DNA from: Tubulanus polymorphus
Lineage: Eukaryota; Animalia; Nemertea
DNA: 64,000 bases
Assembly (NCBI RefSeq): GCF_964204645.1
Contig: NC_134027.1
Location: 21,910,560 to 21,974,559, forward strand
Reading direction: 5' to 3'
Each line of letters opens with the position of its first letter. The first letter of the stretch is position 1. Below the pieces are notes generated by a model that made no database searches, was not told the origin of the DNA, and saw only the letters and a program-made list of their open reading frames with translations. This document shows positions 27,622 to 41,158 of this stretch, piece by piece. A program made the position numbers and the translations under genes.

Positions 27622-30600
27622 ATGGATCGTTTTTTGATTGCCGTCAGTGTGTATGTTTGGATCGTATTCTTGATGGACATTCGATGTAAGTGTAGGCCTC
27701 AATATTAAGATTACATCATCTAATTCATCGTAGTATTCAATGCAGTATATCAGCATATCTGAATTATAGGCAAAAGCTCAGCCAATGATTGTAAACCATT
27801 CTCGAATATTTCCATGAAAATAAAACCCGATGAATCGATTTGGGGCCGAGAATCGTGGGTTCAATGCATCGTTGATAACGATGAGGATTTCTGTGGTGAA
27901 CCACTACGTCTGATTCAACTCCGCAACAACGTTACGAGATTTCAAGTAAATTTCACCAAGTGGAAATGTGAAGTAAGCTTATCATGCTGAATATTAGAAT
28001 GGCGTGTTATTGATTTCTATTTTTGATATTGGCCTCTTGCACGAGGAGGCCATATACACCTTTCTCAAGAAACCGTGGTTTAAGTAGTCTAAGATGACAG
28101 ACTGGAAATAGTTTTTTTTTAAACACCCTCAACCCGCTAAGCGCCACACAGGGCATTATAAGCGGGTTCGATGTTTCTTTTTCCCAATGGGGGAGAGACC
28201 AGAGAAGAATCTTCGACCAAGAAACTCTGTCACCACCAGACAGAGCCCATGAACCCATAAACCCTGGATTGACGATACCAGTGACCGGCGGCTTAACCCA
28301 CTCGGCCACTGCACCTCTGGAAATAGTCTGAACAGTATTATTAAATGTGGGGGGACGTCAACGATGTATCTTTACAGGCGAAGAGCGATGATTTTGTTGG
28401 TTATAACGATATTTTCGGTGAGTGTGATTGGTTCTACAGGCGCATGTATGGTATTTACGTGCGCGAAACGATGTCCAATTACGGCGGTACGTGGGCCTGT
28501 GTATACAATAACACCGTAATGGCAACAGCCGAAGTTACGGTGATTCGTAAGTATTTGGGTGCCGATGATTAAGCACCTGGCTCAGTCTGAACAGAGTCGT
28601 GCGTGATTTCAGTTCAGATTATGAGATACGTCTTGAGAAAAATTGGGTTTGGGATTAGAATTAGCTAAGTCTTTAGATTGACTATGGAACCAAAATGAGC
28701 ACAAATATCCCTAAGGCATCTAAAGCCAAATAGTGTCAATGTTACCGCTGGTTTGAAGTTGTAAGATCTATACTCGAACAAACATAGTCTTTGATAATTT
28801 GAGCTATGAACTAAAAGCTAATACTGGTTCCACGATCTTCCAAGATCTTTAGGAATATTCTTGAAAATGCAATATTAGTTTTGCCAATGCTTCAAAGTCA
28901 AATCTAATTCATATCTGTCTTGGAGTCAACGATTAAAACTCTTAGAACCACCAGCGTTTGATCGTGATTTTGCTATCATTTCAGATGGTCCCGGAGCTCA
29001 GGGTATCGAGGTGATCTCCTCAAAGCGTATTAAACACGAATGGAATCGGGTGGCTCGAATGATAATCGTTGAAGAACATCAAGATTTAGTTTTAATGTGT
29101 ACTGGATATTACAAATACGTTCTGACACCTCTGATTTACCACTGGAGGAAAAGAGAAGGACCAATTTCAGTTCAACCCAAACGAATCGGTCAAAAATCTA
29201 TACTCATTTTCCCTTCCATGAAAACAACGGATAGCGGTTACTACGAGTGTCGCAAACAGAACAGAGCTGAATATGACACTCGTGAGATAATTGTGGAAGT
29301 CTACTGCAGGTCAAATACAACTGGAAAACTGTTACCTTGTGAAAGTAAGTAATCGTACGTAGTAGTGGCTTGGAAGTTAACTCAGAATTTAACAGCTGAG
29401 GAGTTAAATGTGAACCTTAACTAAAAGTTTTATGGATCTGGATCCTGCAATAGATAAAGGGTAACCCAAGGGGTACATTATATGTACAAGTATCGATGCT
29501 CTATTCCTCTACGCCTATCGTCTTTCATCATCCGTATTCGCTGTCGTTATCGAATACTGATGACACATATCAGTGTTTGATGTGTAAGTAAAGGGAACAC
29601 TTCATAGATTTGAAATTAGTTCATTTCCAATTTTTTTCAACTCGCTGGTCTTATTTAAACCGGGAACCATGGAACTGAATCGTGGAGCCAACTTTTAAAA
29701 TCTATACAGAATTTCCCCAACCGATCCGTCTAAAACTGTACGTGAACATTATTTTCAGAGCCACCGAAAATACACTTTGGACGAACCTGGCTTACACAAA
29801 AACCGTACATCGGAGAAAGAGCTGAATTCAAGATATTCTATTATCAATTGAACCCGGAAGACACCGTCGATGTAAAGTGTAAGAATGATCACCGTTCGGT
29901 CGTCAATTCCTGTCGATTCGGTACAAAACGCGTCGTCATAAAAAGGCCGACGAACTGGGGAAGAAGAGGCTGGACGAGATTGTACTTTGGGCAGTGGAGA
30001 ATACGAATATGGGACGTGAAATGGGATGATTACGGGTTTTATACGTGTTGGTTGAAAAATACAACGAACGGTTTACGAACCTATTTCAATATACGACTGA
30101 TATCTCCAGGTTTGTAAACTCAGCGAATAATCGTATTTGAAATCAGTTACAAATGACCCACTTCTTAAATTTCATCCGTTGTTCTTTTGTAGCGTCGCAA
30201 AGTCGAGTTAAGAATCTTCGAGTCGTATATGTGACTGATAAATCATGTCGAATATCTTGGGTATCATTGTCCTCACATCGGAATCAGTATTTTCTGATAG
30301 AGTACCGACTCGTAGGAGCCACTAATTGGACAATTTCACCACCCGTAGTTACGGTTGGAACTGGTTTGGGACGCCATCAATTAAACGGTTTATCACCATC
30401 TAGTGAATATGAGATTAGACTCAGAGATTGGAATCGACAATCAGTTGAATCAGTTACTGCTCCTTCTCAATCAATAACAATTATGACTAAAGGTGACTGC
30501 ATTTTCCCGCGGATGTTTCGTTTTTAGTGTCCACGGATTTTTCTGGAAAATTTTATTCCAAGTTCTTTCTAAACAAGATCGTGTAAATCATGTTTAAACT

Positions 30601-31172
30601 CTTACGTATTTTCAGGATTGGAACCTGATTCTGCAGCGATGTCGAAATTTTTCGATTCGGTAGTGATTTTCGAATCGAGCGAGAAAGTAACCGTCAATTT
30701 AGCCGAATCCCCCGAGCGAAATGATGTCGGTATCAGTGTTCTAGCCTGTTGTCTCAACGAGACGACTGTAGCGACGCCCGTATGTTGTAGATCTTTTAAT
30801 TTCTCATCGCTGATTGGTCAGATGCAAGCGCGAATCGACCGTAACGCCATCTACAGGTACACGGTCAGATTAATTGACGATGGTCACGTCATATATTCGA
30901 GACATGTGCCTGTCGTTGAAGTTGAAGGTATTTTAGAAAATATAAACGGATTCTCATTAAATTCTTCGATTACTATAAATTCATGCAGGTGTTTTTAATG
31001 TTTAAATTTAGATGGAATTTTTGACGGTTTAGATGGTGACGTCACATGGATTGCCTGCGGTGTTATAGCTATTCTACTATTTGGTTTTTTGCTGACAATT
31101 GTTTACGGTAGAAATATCGTTAAAAAATCGCCTAGCCAGTGCTGCCAGATGATTGAAGAAAAACCCACATGA
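27622..31172 (+). CDS. Type I membrane protein: signal peptide, about three Ig-like domains, FN3 domain(s), TM helix, short tail
   Basis: Exons about 27622-27685, 27770-27972, 28378-28547, 28946-29344, 29759-30109, 30193-30493, 30616-30927, 31012-31172, all GT-AG and in frame. Signal MDRFLIAVSVYVWIVFL; Ig motifs GGTWACVY, DSGYYEC, DYGFYTC; FN3 ISW..IEYR..LNGLSPSSEYEIRL; TM WIACGVIAILLFGFLLTIVY. Confidence 0.85.
28030..28318 (-). mobile_element. tRNA-derived SINE-like element in intron 2 of the Ig/FN3 gene
   Basis: Minus-strand head GGTGCAGTGGCCGAGTGGGTTAAG (A box) with a degenerate GGGTTC B box and no complete cloverleaf. Confidence 0.55.
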
Positions 31173-31519
31173 AGAACTGAACTATCCAAAGTGCATTTCT
31201 ATACCCAGAAACTGTTAACTTTTTCCGCACATAGTTCAAAATGAAGCAATTGTTATTTTTTTAAATCCCGCTCCCCGACCACTAGTAATGAATACAATGT
31301 TTCGAGAAAAATTATACTTCAAAAAAATCCCACCTCCGCAATAATTTCAAGTCCACTAAATCCATAATCCGACTTATTGTTTAAAAGAAACAACCAAAAC
31401 GGACTATTCTTCAAGATTTCCCCCAACCCGAGATAAAGCTACATGTTTGGTTGTTAAGTTGTGAGGATATTCAATTGGTAATAAGTAAAACGTTAGCTGT
31501 ATGAAATGAATCAAACTTG

Positions 31520-32410
31520 TCAATATCATGTTATGCGAGTCAAATTATACAACGGATTTTTGTACAGAAATATATCTCGTCCCAGTCAAATATATATGTA
31601 GAAATTCACCTATAATTACACTAGTGGAACTGAGTGAAAATATCAAATAGAAAATCCTTCCGTTCCGTAGAGATTGGCAGGCATGATGTCACAGTGGTTG
31701 GAAGTGTGAATATTGCAAATGCGAGTGAAACTGTTACAAGCATTATTGTTGTACGTTTTGATTTTGTAGCTTTCTTGTCCGACGAAACTGTTGTTGAACC
31801 TCTGAGTAACTGAACTATTATAACAGAATTTGATGAAACAATTAACGTTAAAGGTAAAATGAAAGCGTGGATGACCATCATTATAAAACATATAAACTGG
31901 GCAAATAATTCATAATAACATCTGAAAGACTGGTTGGTGAAATGTATCGATAAAGTAGGTAGAAGATACACAACCAGTGCATTCACTGCAGTTATCATCA
32001 TTATAACAAATCTAGCGAATCTCGGTGTACTTATCAAACGAGACGTGAACGGGAAGAGCACAACTGCCGCACGTTCTAGAGATATAGCTACTATTAACCA
32101 GGAACTATTAAAGGATACTAGTGTTGTTACGAATTCGATTTGACAACTGATCAGTGAATTCATCACGAATATTGGACCAGTTTCTACGCGCAAGAGAATA
32201 AACTGTAAAACAGGCATCAACGTTAGATTGACGCAGAACATAAAATCAGTGACTGATAAAACAATAAGATAGTTAGCGTAAGATAGACTCCTGAATCTGC
32301 GATTTATCATTATCAGGAAAGGTCAAATTTCCGAATGCTCCGAAGAGGAACAAGATGGGTAGAATGAATAATGACAGCGAACAGTAGCTGTTCGCAACAG
32401 ACATAATGAC
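31520..32410 (-). pseudogene. Intronless class A peptide-type GPCR pseudogene
   Basis: TM1 FILPILFLFGAFGNL is frameshifted against ORF 31621-32310 (LSVTD, SSWLIVAISLER, TM5/TM6). There is a stop at 31621-31623 before TM7, and the TM7 remnant NY..NFYIY is broken by further frameshifts. Confidence 0.8.
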
Positions 32411-34330
32411 AATCTAACTGTTATAAGTTCGACCAATTTGCATCTGAAGGTTCATAATTCACGGCATAAAGAACCGTGTGAGTGTGGTAAAATGAATTTG
32501 AATGAAATAAATCCACAAAGACATTCATAAGGTCTTATTCATGAAACTAATTTTCATTTGTCATTCGATCATTATTAATACGATGAAATTATCGTCCTCA
32601 CTTTACAGAGAATGAAAATGAATTTTGTACCGTATAAATCCAAAACAATTCATTCAGATTTATGAAAGTGTATCAAGAATTTGTGAAGCATAAAACATGT
32701 AACTAAAATTGAACATAATTTTCCCAAACGGCAGACTATCTCTGTTGAAATATCTTCTATGGGTTAAGCTTATTCTAGAAGTATAACCCATTGTCACCAA
32801 ACACGTAAATGTATCGGTTCATGGAAACGAAACTTTGAGAAAAGGATCAAAACTGTTCGAAAAACAGTTAATTCTTGAAGCGGGCAGCCCGAATGAGATT
32901 TGTACGCTTGCAGGTTATCGATTTAAATGGAAACATGGACATAGTGCAAAAACCGTACCCATTAGCTCTATACCTCACTATTTTTGAAAGTTCTTTTTAA
33001 GTTCAGAAAATGACACGCTTGGAAAAGACCGAACCAATCAACCACCCATCAACATGATTTCCTGAGAAAGGTACGAAGGTTTGTGGACCTTATTTACACA
33101 GACTTTACCTCACCAAAATGGTAAAAAATCTGATATCGTATTATTCAATATCAACTCGGAGAAAAGAGTATTCTCATCAATTTACCAAAAGAAGCCTCGG
33201 TTTTAGTTAGAGAAAATTTTGAATATTGCGTCACATGCTGAAATCATGCTCCGAAATGAAACGTATTTTTACTATGAATAAATCATTTGCGACATCTATT
33301 TTACATCAACTTAGAGAAAATAGTCCCCACTACACATGTATTGTAATAAAATCTTAAACAAGATTCGGGTTAAAGTCTTAGAGAGATAAGAATTTTAAAT
33401 TTAAAAAAAATCATACTCATCTTGAATTAAGGCATGAAAATGTAAAACATTTGATTTTTCGTACTTTTTGGTCTCCGATGATTTTATTCGGATGATTGTC
33501 ATTTCGTCGAGGCAGAGTTTAGTTATACGTTTCATATCAACCTTTATCTGCATGCAGTTTTTCAGTGTTAACGCTTTATTACTGAATACAAGCCGAGAAG
33601 AACAAGGTTTATTTCCATAAGTAAATATACTGCGACGGGTGGTTTTGCAAAGTCATCGATGAATAAGATTAAGAGCCTCTAGAGATATAATTCTGGAGTA
33701 AGTTGTTTAGTAAGAAGTCATAATGAACGAATTCGCCTTCAGTGATTAGTAAAAAAAAAATCGAAAGTATGAAAATGAACGAAAGACTTTTGTTTATTTT
33801 GAAAAGGAAGCACCGCAGTAGATTGAAAAATAATCATGCATACTGAAATACGAATTAAAAATCAACACATATATAACAGTTTGATATGCATGTAATAAAA
33901 TTGTAATCAAATAAAACAAGTATGTATAAGAGAATCAGAGAATGACCTGAGGAGCAGTAGTAAAACACGTAAGAACTAACCGTGAAATACTTAAAATGAA
34001 TTTGACAAAAAGGATCATAAACTGAATGAGTCACGATGAGAGAAGAGTAAAAACCGATCAATGTATAAGAATAAAGATAAAAGACGTAGAAACATTAATG
34101 AATTGATTAATTAGATCAAGTTAAGATTAGACAACGATCAGTAGAACGTCTTAAGATAAGACAACTTCTAAGGATATAAGAAAGCTTCATGTACAAACTA
34201 ACTTAAATTAAATAACTTCATGCAGAACTAGATCAAAAGATTCTGAATACAAAATTTTTCATATATAATACATGAAATTTTTTTCTAGGAAATTTTACGT
34301 ATGTCACTGGTCTGCACCATCGGTCTAGGC

Positions 34331-34804
34331 TATGGAACGTCATCCTTGCAAAAACTCTTCATCGCATTTTAACAACGTACCCACAATCTTACAACTAACT
34401 CACAATCTTACAACCAACTCACAATCATACAACCAGCGTTGAATTTCTTACAGTATGCCGTCACCGTACACCAGGTGGCGCTGGACTTAATTTCTTTATA
34501 GTAAGCCGTCATCGTGCACCAGCATACAGCATACATGATGAAATACTATAGAAAAAATGGTCCCAGCGCCATCTGGTGTACGATGACGGCTTACTATAAA
34601 AAAAATCCAGCGCCACCTGGTGTACGATGACGGCATTAAGTAAGAAATTCCATGCTGACTATAAAAAATTCAACGCGCATTGTTGAAAAATGCATCGTGG
34701 TTATAGAATTAAAAACTAACTTTATAAGATTGTTAGTTGGTTGTAAGATTGCGAGTACGTTGTTTGAATTCGCTGTAGAGTTTTTGCTAGGATGGCGTTC
34801 CATA
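34331..34804. mobile_element. Long-TIR foldback/MITE element
   Basis: TIR TATGGAACGTCATCCTTGCAAAAACTCT.. / ..AGAGTTTTTGCTAGGATGGCGTTCCATA, flanked by CTAGGC on both sides, with internal repeats CACCAG(G/A)TGGCGCTGG. Confidence 0.8.
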
Positions 34805-35156
34805 CTAGGCTCCGCTTAACGAAATGGGTTATTAATACTGAATAAGGTACGTTAAGTATACATGTACATCATCAATTTCAAACAAGTAAATGAACGCGGC
34901 GCTATCATGTACTATGTTTATTGATGACCAAGAAATGAGACGTATATATCCATAGAAAAACGCCCCCATAAAATAAGGTTTCTCCCTCTTATTAGGTTAT
35001 GCGACCTTTACCAACTATAAATAGTTCCCGTTCAGGATACGAATGACCGTGCGACTAGCCACGATTAACGCCCGAAAATTCTACAAGGTGGTAATTTCCA
35101 GCTGGTGTCGGTAATTTCCGTACGTATCCGAGAATGCTTGGTTACCTCACGAATGA

Positions 35157-35192
35157 GTTGCTAGGCAGCTGTCTCCACGTTGCTATGTTAGC
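35157..35192 (+). promoter_or_regulatory. Paired RFX X-box-like motifs upstream of the CBM20-like gene
   Basis: GTTGCTAGGCAGC and GTTGCTATGTTAGC, about 75-110 bp before the ATG. Similar motifs are retained in the duplicate at 46045-46079. Confidence 0.4.
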
Positions 35193-35264
35193 ATCAGTTC
35201 ACTTCGCGTGAAATCGCTTTACGCTGACGCTTTTCACACGAGCTTTTCAATTATTTTCATCGAA

Positions 35265-36809
35265 ATGGAAAATTCCGACGAAATGTTGTCCGATTTTATT
35301 GATCGGGTACTAAGATTGAGCGGCGAGACTTTAAAACGTGGTAAAGACTTAGCGTTGATGCGAGTTCATTTCTCGTCCGATACATGTAAGTCCTAACGAA
35401 AATGTTTCGTCATATTTCAGGTTCCGAAAACGAATTCTGCCTCGATAGCAAAGTTTACTCTGCTGAAAACATACACACAATTCCAGGTAATGAACATAAT
35501 GGAGAACAAGTTTTCATATCAACAGTTTAATGACTATCATCACCCGTTTGAATCATACGAAATTCCTGCTTTCCTAGGTATTCCAAAATTATTCTGGTTG
35601 TCGTTCCGTCCTAAGTCCGCTGTAATATTGACCCATTATGAAACATCCCCGGGTGAAATGGTCAAAATATTCGGCGAAACAATCGGTTGGAGTGATGGAA
35701 TGTATATGCAAAGAATTCCAAACACTTGGTGGCAGGCTTACTTGATCGATCAGCAACTCGCAACTGAGCTCAAACTTGCAGTCGTGGACGAAAATGGACG
35801 CATGAAATGGGAGCCGAGAGCAAATAGATTTGTACGATCGAAGGGAATTTACTTCTGCCAGTGAGGCCGGGCATCTGTGACGCTCGATGGTAATTTTCGT
35901 TTCGGTTGAAATATCCTTATTGAATCTAAAGTTTAGAAACACCGTTACTAGTTCCAGTTGTTTTCTATTCTAGAAAAATCGCTTAACCATAAGATAGAAG
36001 GGAAATCTTCATTGACTCTGCAGCTGGTCACCAAACCAACACTTGTGGATATACCCATATGTGAAATCAAAATAACGAAAAAGACCGCCATAGCTTTCAA
36101 AGGTAAGGAAGATATTAATTTTGTGAAATTCATAGAATTTGAAAAAAAACAACTTATAAAAACGCATCGTTTTATTACATTACAGAACAAGTAGATGAAG
36201 CTATCGGGACGCGAGAATATAACGTAGATGAGATTGTGGACGAAAGCGAACGAAAAGAATGCGATTCCAATGAAAGTCCAGTCGGAGAAAGGCACAGAAA
36301 TCAATTGATCGAAGATTGTTCAAATGAAATGGAAATACCGACGTGGCAAATAGAATCAAAAATTCGCAATCGGAGCTTCACGGACTTGAAAGGTAGGAAA
36401 TTTGAATTTACAGATTTTGACATCAATTCAAATTCAATTTGTCAGGGTTTTACAATTTTCCGAGATGCAGAAGAACTTCATTTTGTTACAGAGAAAATCG
36501 AACAAATTAATCAGCCACGAAAAGTCGAAGATGACAATCAAACAATGGATCTGCAATGTCCCTCGAAACCCAGTTCAGAGGAAGAACCGGTCGAGGAAGA
36601 AATTGAACTCGAATCAGTGGCAGCCACACGTGTCGTGAGGTTCGCCGGCTTTAACGGTACGAGATTCTGTTCACCAGAGGTTGTAGAATTCGTCATTCCA
36701 GTTTGCTATAATTTGATTCTCTAAATCTTTTGTAGGAAAAATCGGGCGATTCGCAAAATATTTACGTCGGGGAATTCGGAGAGCATTTATTTGTAACGCT
36801 GGTCGATAA
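35265..36809 (+). CDS. Multi-exon gene with a CBM20 (starch/glycogen-binding)-like domain, acidic region and basic C-terminus; in-frame TGA at 35862-35864 (possible pseudogene)
   Basis: Exon 35578-35889 encodes HYETSPGEMVKIFG..GW..WW..ELK..V..KWEPRANR (CBM20 pattern). Downstream GT-AG exons continue in frame to ..RKIGRFAKYLRRGIRRAFICNAGR* at 36807-36809. Some internal boundaries are uncertain. Confidence 0.6.
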
Positions 36810-37354
36810 ATGTTATGCTTGGCTACTATCGGATTTTCTACTTTTTCAAATTTTTTATTATTGTCCTCTAGCGCCAATCAACAGAATAAAATTCAAACCA
36901 TTTTCAATCAACTGACAATTTTTCAATTTTTGTATATTCTATCAATTTTTCATCAATATAAAAGTTTACTCCGATTCATAAAAAAACTTTTGAATTATCG
37001 AAACATTTACTGCCATAGTAACGGCTTATGTTCTTGTTCAATGTTCCACCATTTTAAAACACCGGTAGGCTACATACGTAGGCGTATTTACGGTAATTTG
37101 CTTTTACCCGGGTATAAGCCGCACTCCAACAGTTAATCGAGGGGCCTACGTACCTGGAATCGAGTGATGCACAAGCTCATAAAAAACAATTTGTATATGT
37201 TTCATAGTATAGGCATTTAAATCAGCAACGTAGACGAAAACCCCAGTCGCTTACATACATAATCTAGTGCTTTACGCAACTAACAGTAGGATACAGAATA
37301 TTCTGCATCAGGCTATATGAACAGTGTGAAATACGAAGAGTTGAATCTTCTTTC

Positions 37355-37533
37355 TACTGTGGAACTTCGTTATAACGAACTTGGATTCAACGATTCATCG
37401 GATACTACAAAGGAATATAGAATTTTACAAGTAACACAATTTGATTAATTTCATACTGGATACAACAAACTACCGGTTATGAGGAACATATTTTCTGGTA
37501 CCGTGAAATTCGGTGTAACGAGGTTCCACTTTA
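37355..37533. mobile_element. Tigger/pogo-like MITE
   Basis: TIR GTGGAACTTCGTTATAAC / GTGTAACGAGGTTCCAC in a TA context. Confidence 0.6.
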
Positions 37534-38678
37534 CTGTTACGACCCAGATTCGTCACGTGTAATAATTGGTAATAATCATCGTCGTAGACGTGATTTGTTC
37601 GTGGAACATCAATTAAATTAAAATCGTCTCGGCGTCCCCTGTTTGCGGTAGTCTGGTGACATTCGTTAATCGAGTGTTGTTACCAGCTGTAAGGTTTAGG
37701 TTTGGAAGTGGAAACCGAATCTTCTCGAACAAACAGTGATTTTTTGCCGTGTGCCGTGTGCGTTGCGTGTTGCGTGCTGCGTGTTATGTGTTGCATGTGG
37801 TGTACCGTGCGGTGTGTGCTCTATGCGAAATGAATTCGTCCCGGAGAAAATATGTCAACCGCCACTGAGAAGGTATTAATCTTCGTTAGACCAATCCGCC
37901 AGATATAGTTTGAAAATATATGTTACGTAGGTTAACCTTTGTCAACATGTAAATTCAATGATGCCGAGCTATTGGATTTACTTTTTCTGCAGGATTATTG
38001 AAGGCTTTTATCTATTTAGGTTTCATTAGGATTATCGTTGGATTATTGGTGTTATCATCATTTTTCGGTTAACTTATTGAAAGATTATTTAATATGTAGG
38101 TGGATAACAAATTGTTGGATTTTTGATTGGCAAGATTTTTGTTAATTCTTAAGGCCTAAGTCTCGCTTCTCAAAGCTCGACCCGGATACAACTTGCTGTC
38201 TGGTCGCGATATGGGCATCCCCCAGGATGATAAGGCATGATCAGGCGAGTATAAGGCTCGATTGTTGGAAATAAGTTATGGTCAACTTGATGAAACATGG
38301 ATTCTAAATGCATGGATTGATTTCAGTACTATGGATATTCATTTTGTTATATATACACGAGATACGGCCGGAGATGTCTAGGTCTACATACACCGCGACA
38401 ATGTGAAATACCTAATATATGTAATGAGCCGTCTGGCGCAGTAATAGTGCATGTTTTTTTTTCAAATCGGGTTACACTGCACCTGATGATAACTACATAT
38501 GGCGCTTAAACGTTTTAATATCATGCCGATAATTACCTATCCCCGGGTAATAATTATTAATAATTGTGCGGTTAGCTGTAGATAGAAGTGACTAGGCAAA
38601 AGTTCTGCGTAAATAAAAGATTACGTTTCTTACTTTTCCACTGTTTATTACGACATCTTTCTCAATTATTCTCATTCC

Positions 38679-39015
38679 CATCCTCACTTGCCAGGGTATG
38701 ATTACCGCCCGCTGAAGCCCTGGCCAAAATAACTCTGGCCGCAAACCGTTCGTTCGTTTGTCTATCACAGCACCCACGATTTCTTGGGCGGACAGGTATC
38801 CACTCAGCGCCCACCAGTATATTTACATAGCCAATCAGATGTATGGTATTTGTAGTGCAAACGTCGTGCCGGTAAAAACGCATCTGATGGGCTAGATATA
38901 TGGCTTTGAGCGGGAACCAGTCCACCCAAGAAATCGTGGGCAATGTACGTAATAGAACAATGAACGGTCTGCGGCCAGGGTTATGGGTTTGTATTGGCCA
39001 CAGAGCGCGAGGATG
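38679..39015. mobile_element. hAT-like MITE
   Basis: Ends CATCCTC / GAGGATG, exact 8-bp TSD CTCATTCC, internal inverted arms CCCACGATTTCTTGGG / CCCAAGAAATCGTGGG. Confidence 0.75.
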
Positions 39016-41158
39016 CTCATTCCTTACTCCCGATATATTTATCGATATTCATTTTAGTCTTTGCGCCAGATATTTGACTCGATATATGCTGATGCAACTT
39101 AAATCATCACTTGTTATGCATATCAAATATTAAGGCAGCATTTTCTGGGATATCCCGAATAACGACATGCCCAGGAGCCAGCAGTTGTAGAAATGTCGAT
39201 AATAGTTATACACATTATATCAGTATCGTCATTCTGCTAAATCGAAATCCGAAATAAATGCGCTATAAGCTCATTCCAGGGAGTCATGAATTATGCGAAT
39301 TAAATTCCCACCGTTGGATAATTTTTAATCAGAATTTAGAGCGTATTTCTATATATCTCGAAAAAATCAACCATCCTCCTCCACTTACACGCTACCCTTC
39401 GAATAACGTATTAGCAATGCAGAAAAAGATCATAAAACAACAATGGGACATTCTTTACTAAAAATCATCTGCTCTTAAACTACCCGCGCTTCGATTACAC
39501 GATATCATCAAAAATATCCTTTTACTTATTTTGCTTAAACAATAGACTACTGATGTATATACTCATGTATATATGTATAGGGGTTAATGCTAGCTGTTTA
39601 TTACCTATGCATAGCGTCTGTAACTGATTGAATAGATTTATGACTTTAAAAAAAAAAGTTTTTCATGTTCAATCTATTACATATGCCGAGCATAGAGGGA
39701 CTGATTGAATAGATTTCTGAATAAGAAAAAAATGAATAATAAACAGTACATAACGTTACTTAAGTAGGTCAATTTGCAGACCAGAAATGTGAACAAATTA
39801 CAATTTCGCACCGCAGTCGCCCAGCTACCACTCTGTACACTTCGAGTGCGTTTAATGACTGTCGTGCGTAGACGAGTAAAAGAGCTGGCTTTGAATTTCC
39901 TATTACCCGGTCGGTTTCAACTAGGTACTAGACGACCTACTGACAGGATTCAAATGTAGGAGTTGATCGTCAAATCTGAATTCTAAGAATCACCTATCTT
40001 CGATATATTGTTGGACCTTTGTTTCGATGGATCCGAGTGCGATGGTAATCGGGAGCAGCCAGTAAGAAATTATTCATGTATTCGTTTATTTCCTGAATAT
40101 TTTAAATCAATAGATACAAAAATTTACAGAATGATAATATACAATTATTTTGTTTTATACATAGATATAAATATATGCTGATGTAAAATTGCAGCGGGGC
40201 AACCTAAGGGACAAATTATTTCGATATTCCGGTAACATATATATATCATTAACGCAGAGATGTAAAATCGAACCGTTTGGAAATAATCGATATCATTTAT
40301 TTCAAGGTTTATGGTAGTTCTAATTGAACAGCGGGTATGGGCTCAAATTACACTGGCTGCTTTCTTGTACAATGCATACATAGATATTTACGTAATATAT
40401 CTTATTCGTATTATCCGTACAACTAGCGATAAATCCGTGGAAACCACGGGCGTTTTTTCTTTAAAGTATAAACTTCCAACTTTTCGATAGATATTGCAAG
40501 TGAATTTAGTATGAGCTATTAGTAGCCTATAGATGTGATATCCCTTGCCCGCAAAAACGTGTCCGATCTCGGGGACTTGTCCTATGCTTGTGTCCGTAGA
40601 AGCCGCGGTTAACGGAACGATAGTTAGAAAACAAAATATGTAGAGTAGTTTAACTGCTCATGAATTGAGTAGGGCCATTTTATGATGTTCATGTATGAAT
40701 ATCACGCGGTGCTGAAGATTTCCCGTGACCGTGGTAGCCGCGGGTAACGGAAATATAGGTAGAAAAATGTTAAATTTAAAAGATTCAGTCCCCAACGACT
40801 GTATATTGTAAGTCGCATGTAAGTCAGCATTGCTGCAGTTGTGAGATAGGATAGAATATTGGTTTTGGAGCCAATGCTGCCCTAGCAGTTCAGACATGAA
40901 TTTCTGCGTTCTGATAAGAAATGTCTTGTCCCCAACGCGAAGTCGCTATTATTGTAGAGATGTCTTTCTAGGGAAGTGGTTACCTAATTTTATGTTCTTG
41001 TTTCAATGTTATCATTGTCATTTTTATCATTATAATCATTACAATAATAATTATTATTTTTGTCATTGTCATTATATTGCAACTATAAACATTATCATAA
41101 CAATAACCGACATTCTTATCATAATTAGCATTGTCATCATTCTAGGCAACGAAGCAAA

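Noticed and set aside
28007-28318. Possible tRNA gene or 100-aa ORF
   Set aside because: Only an A-box head with no cloverleaf; better explained as a SINE in an intron.
35862-35864. Selenocysteine recoding of the in-frame TGA
   Set aside because: The position corresponds to an expected Trp rather than Cys, and I could not identify a SECIS.
38481-38515. Hammerhead-like CTGATGA..AAACGTT (similar remnants near 10110 and 20020)
   Set aside because: Core GAAA or CTGA mutated and stem II unpaired; too degenerate to call.
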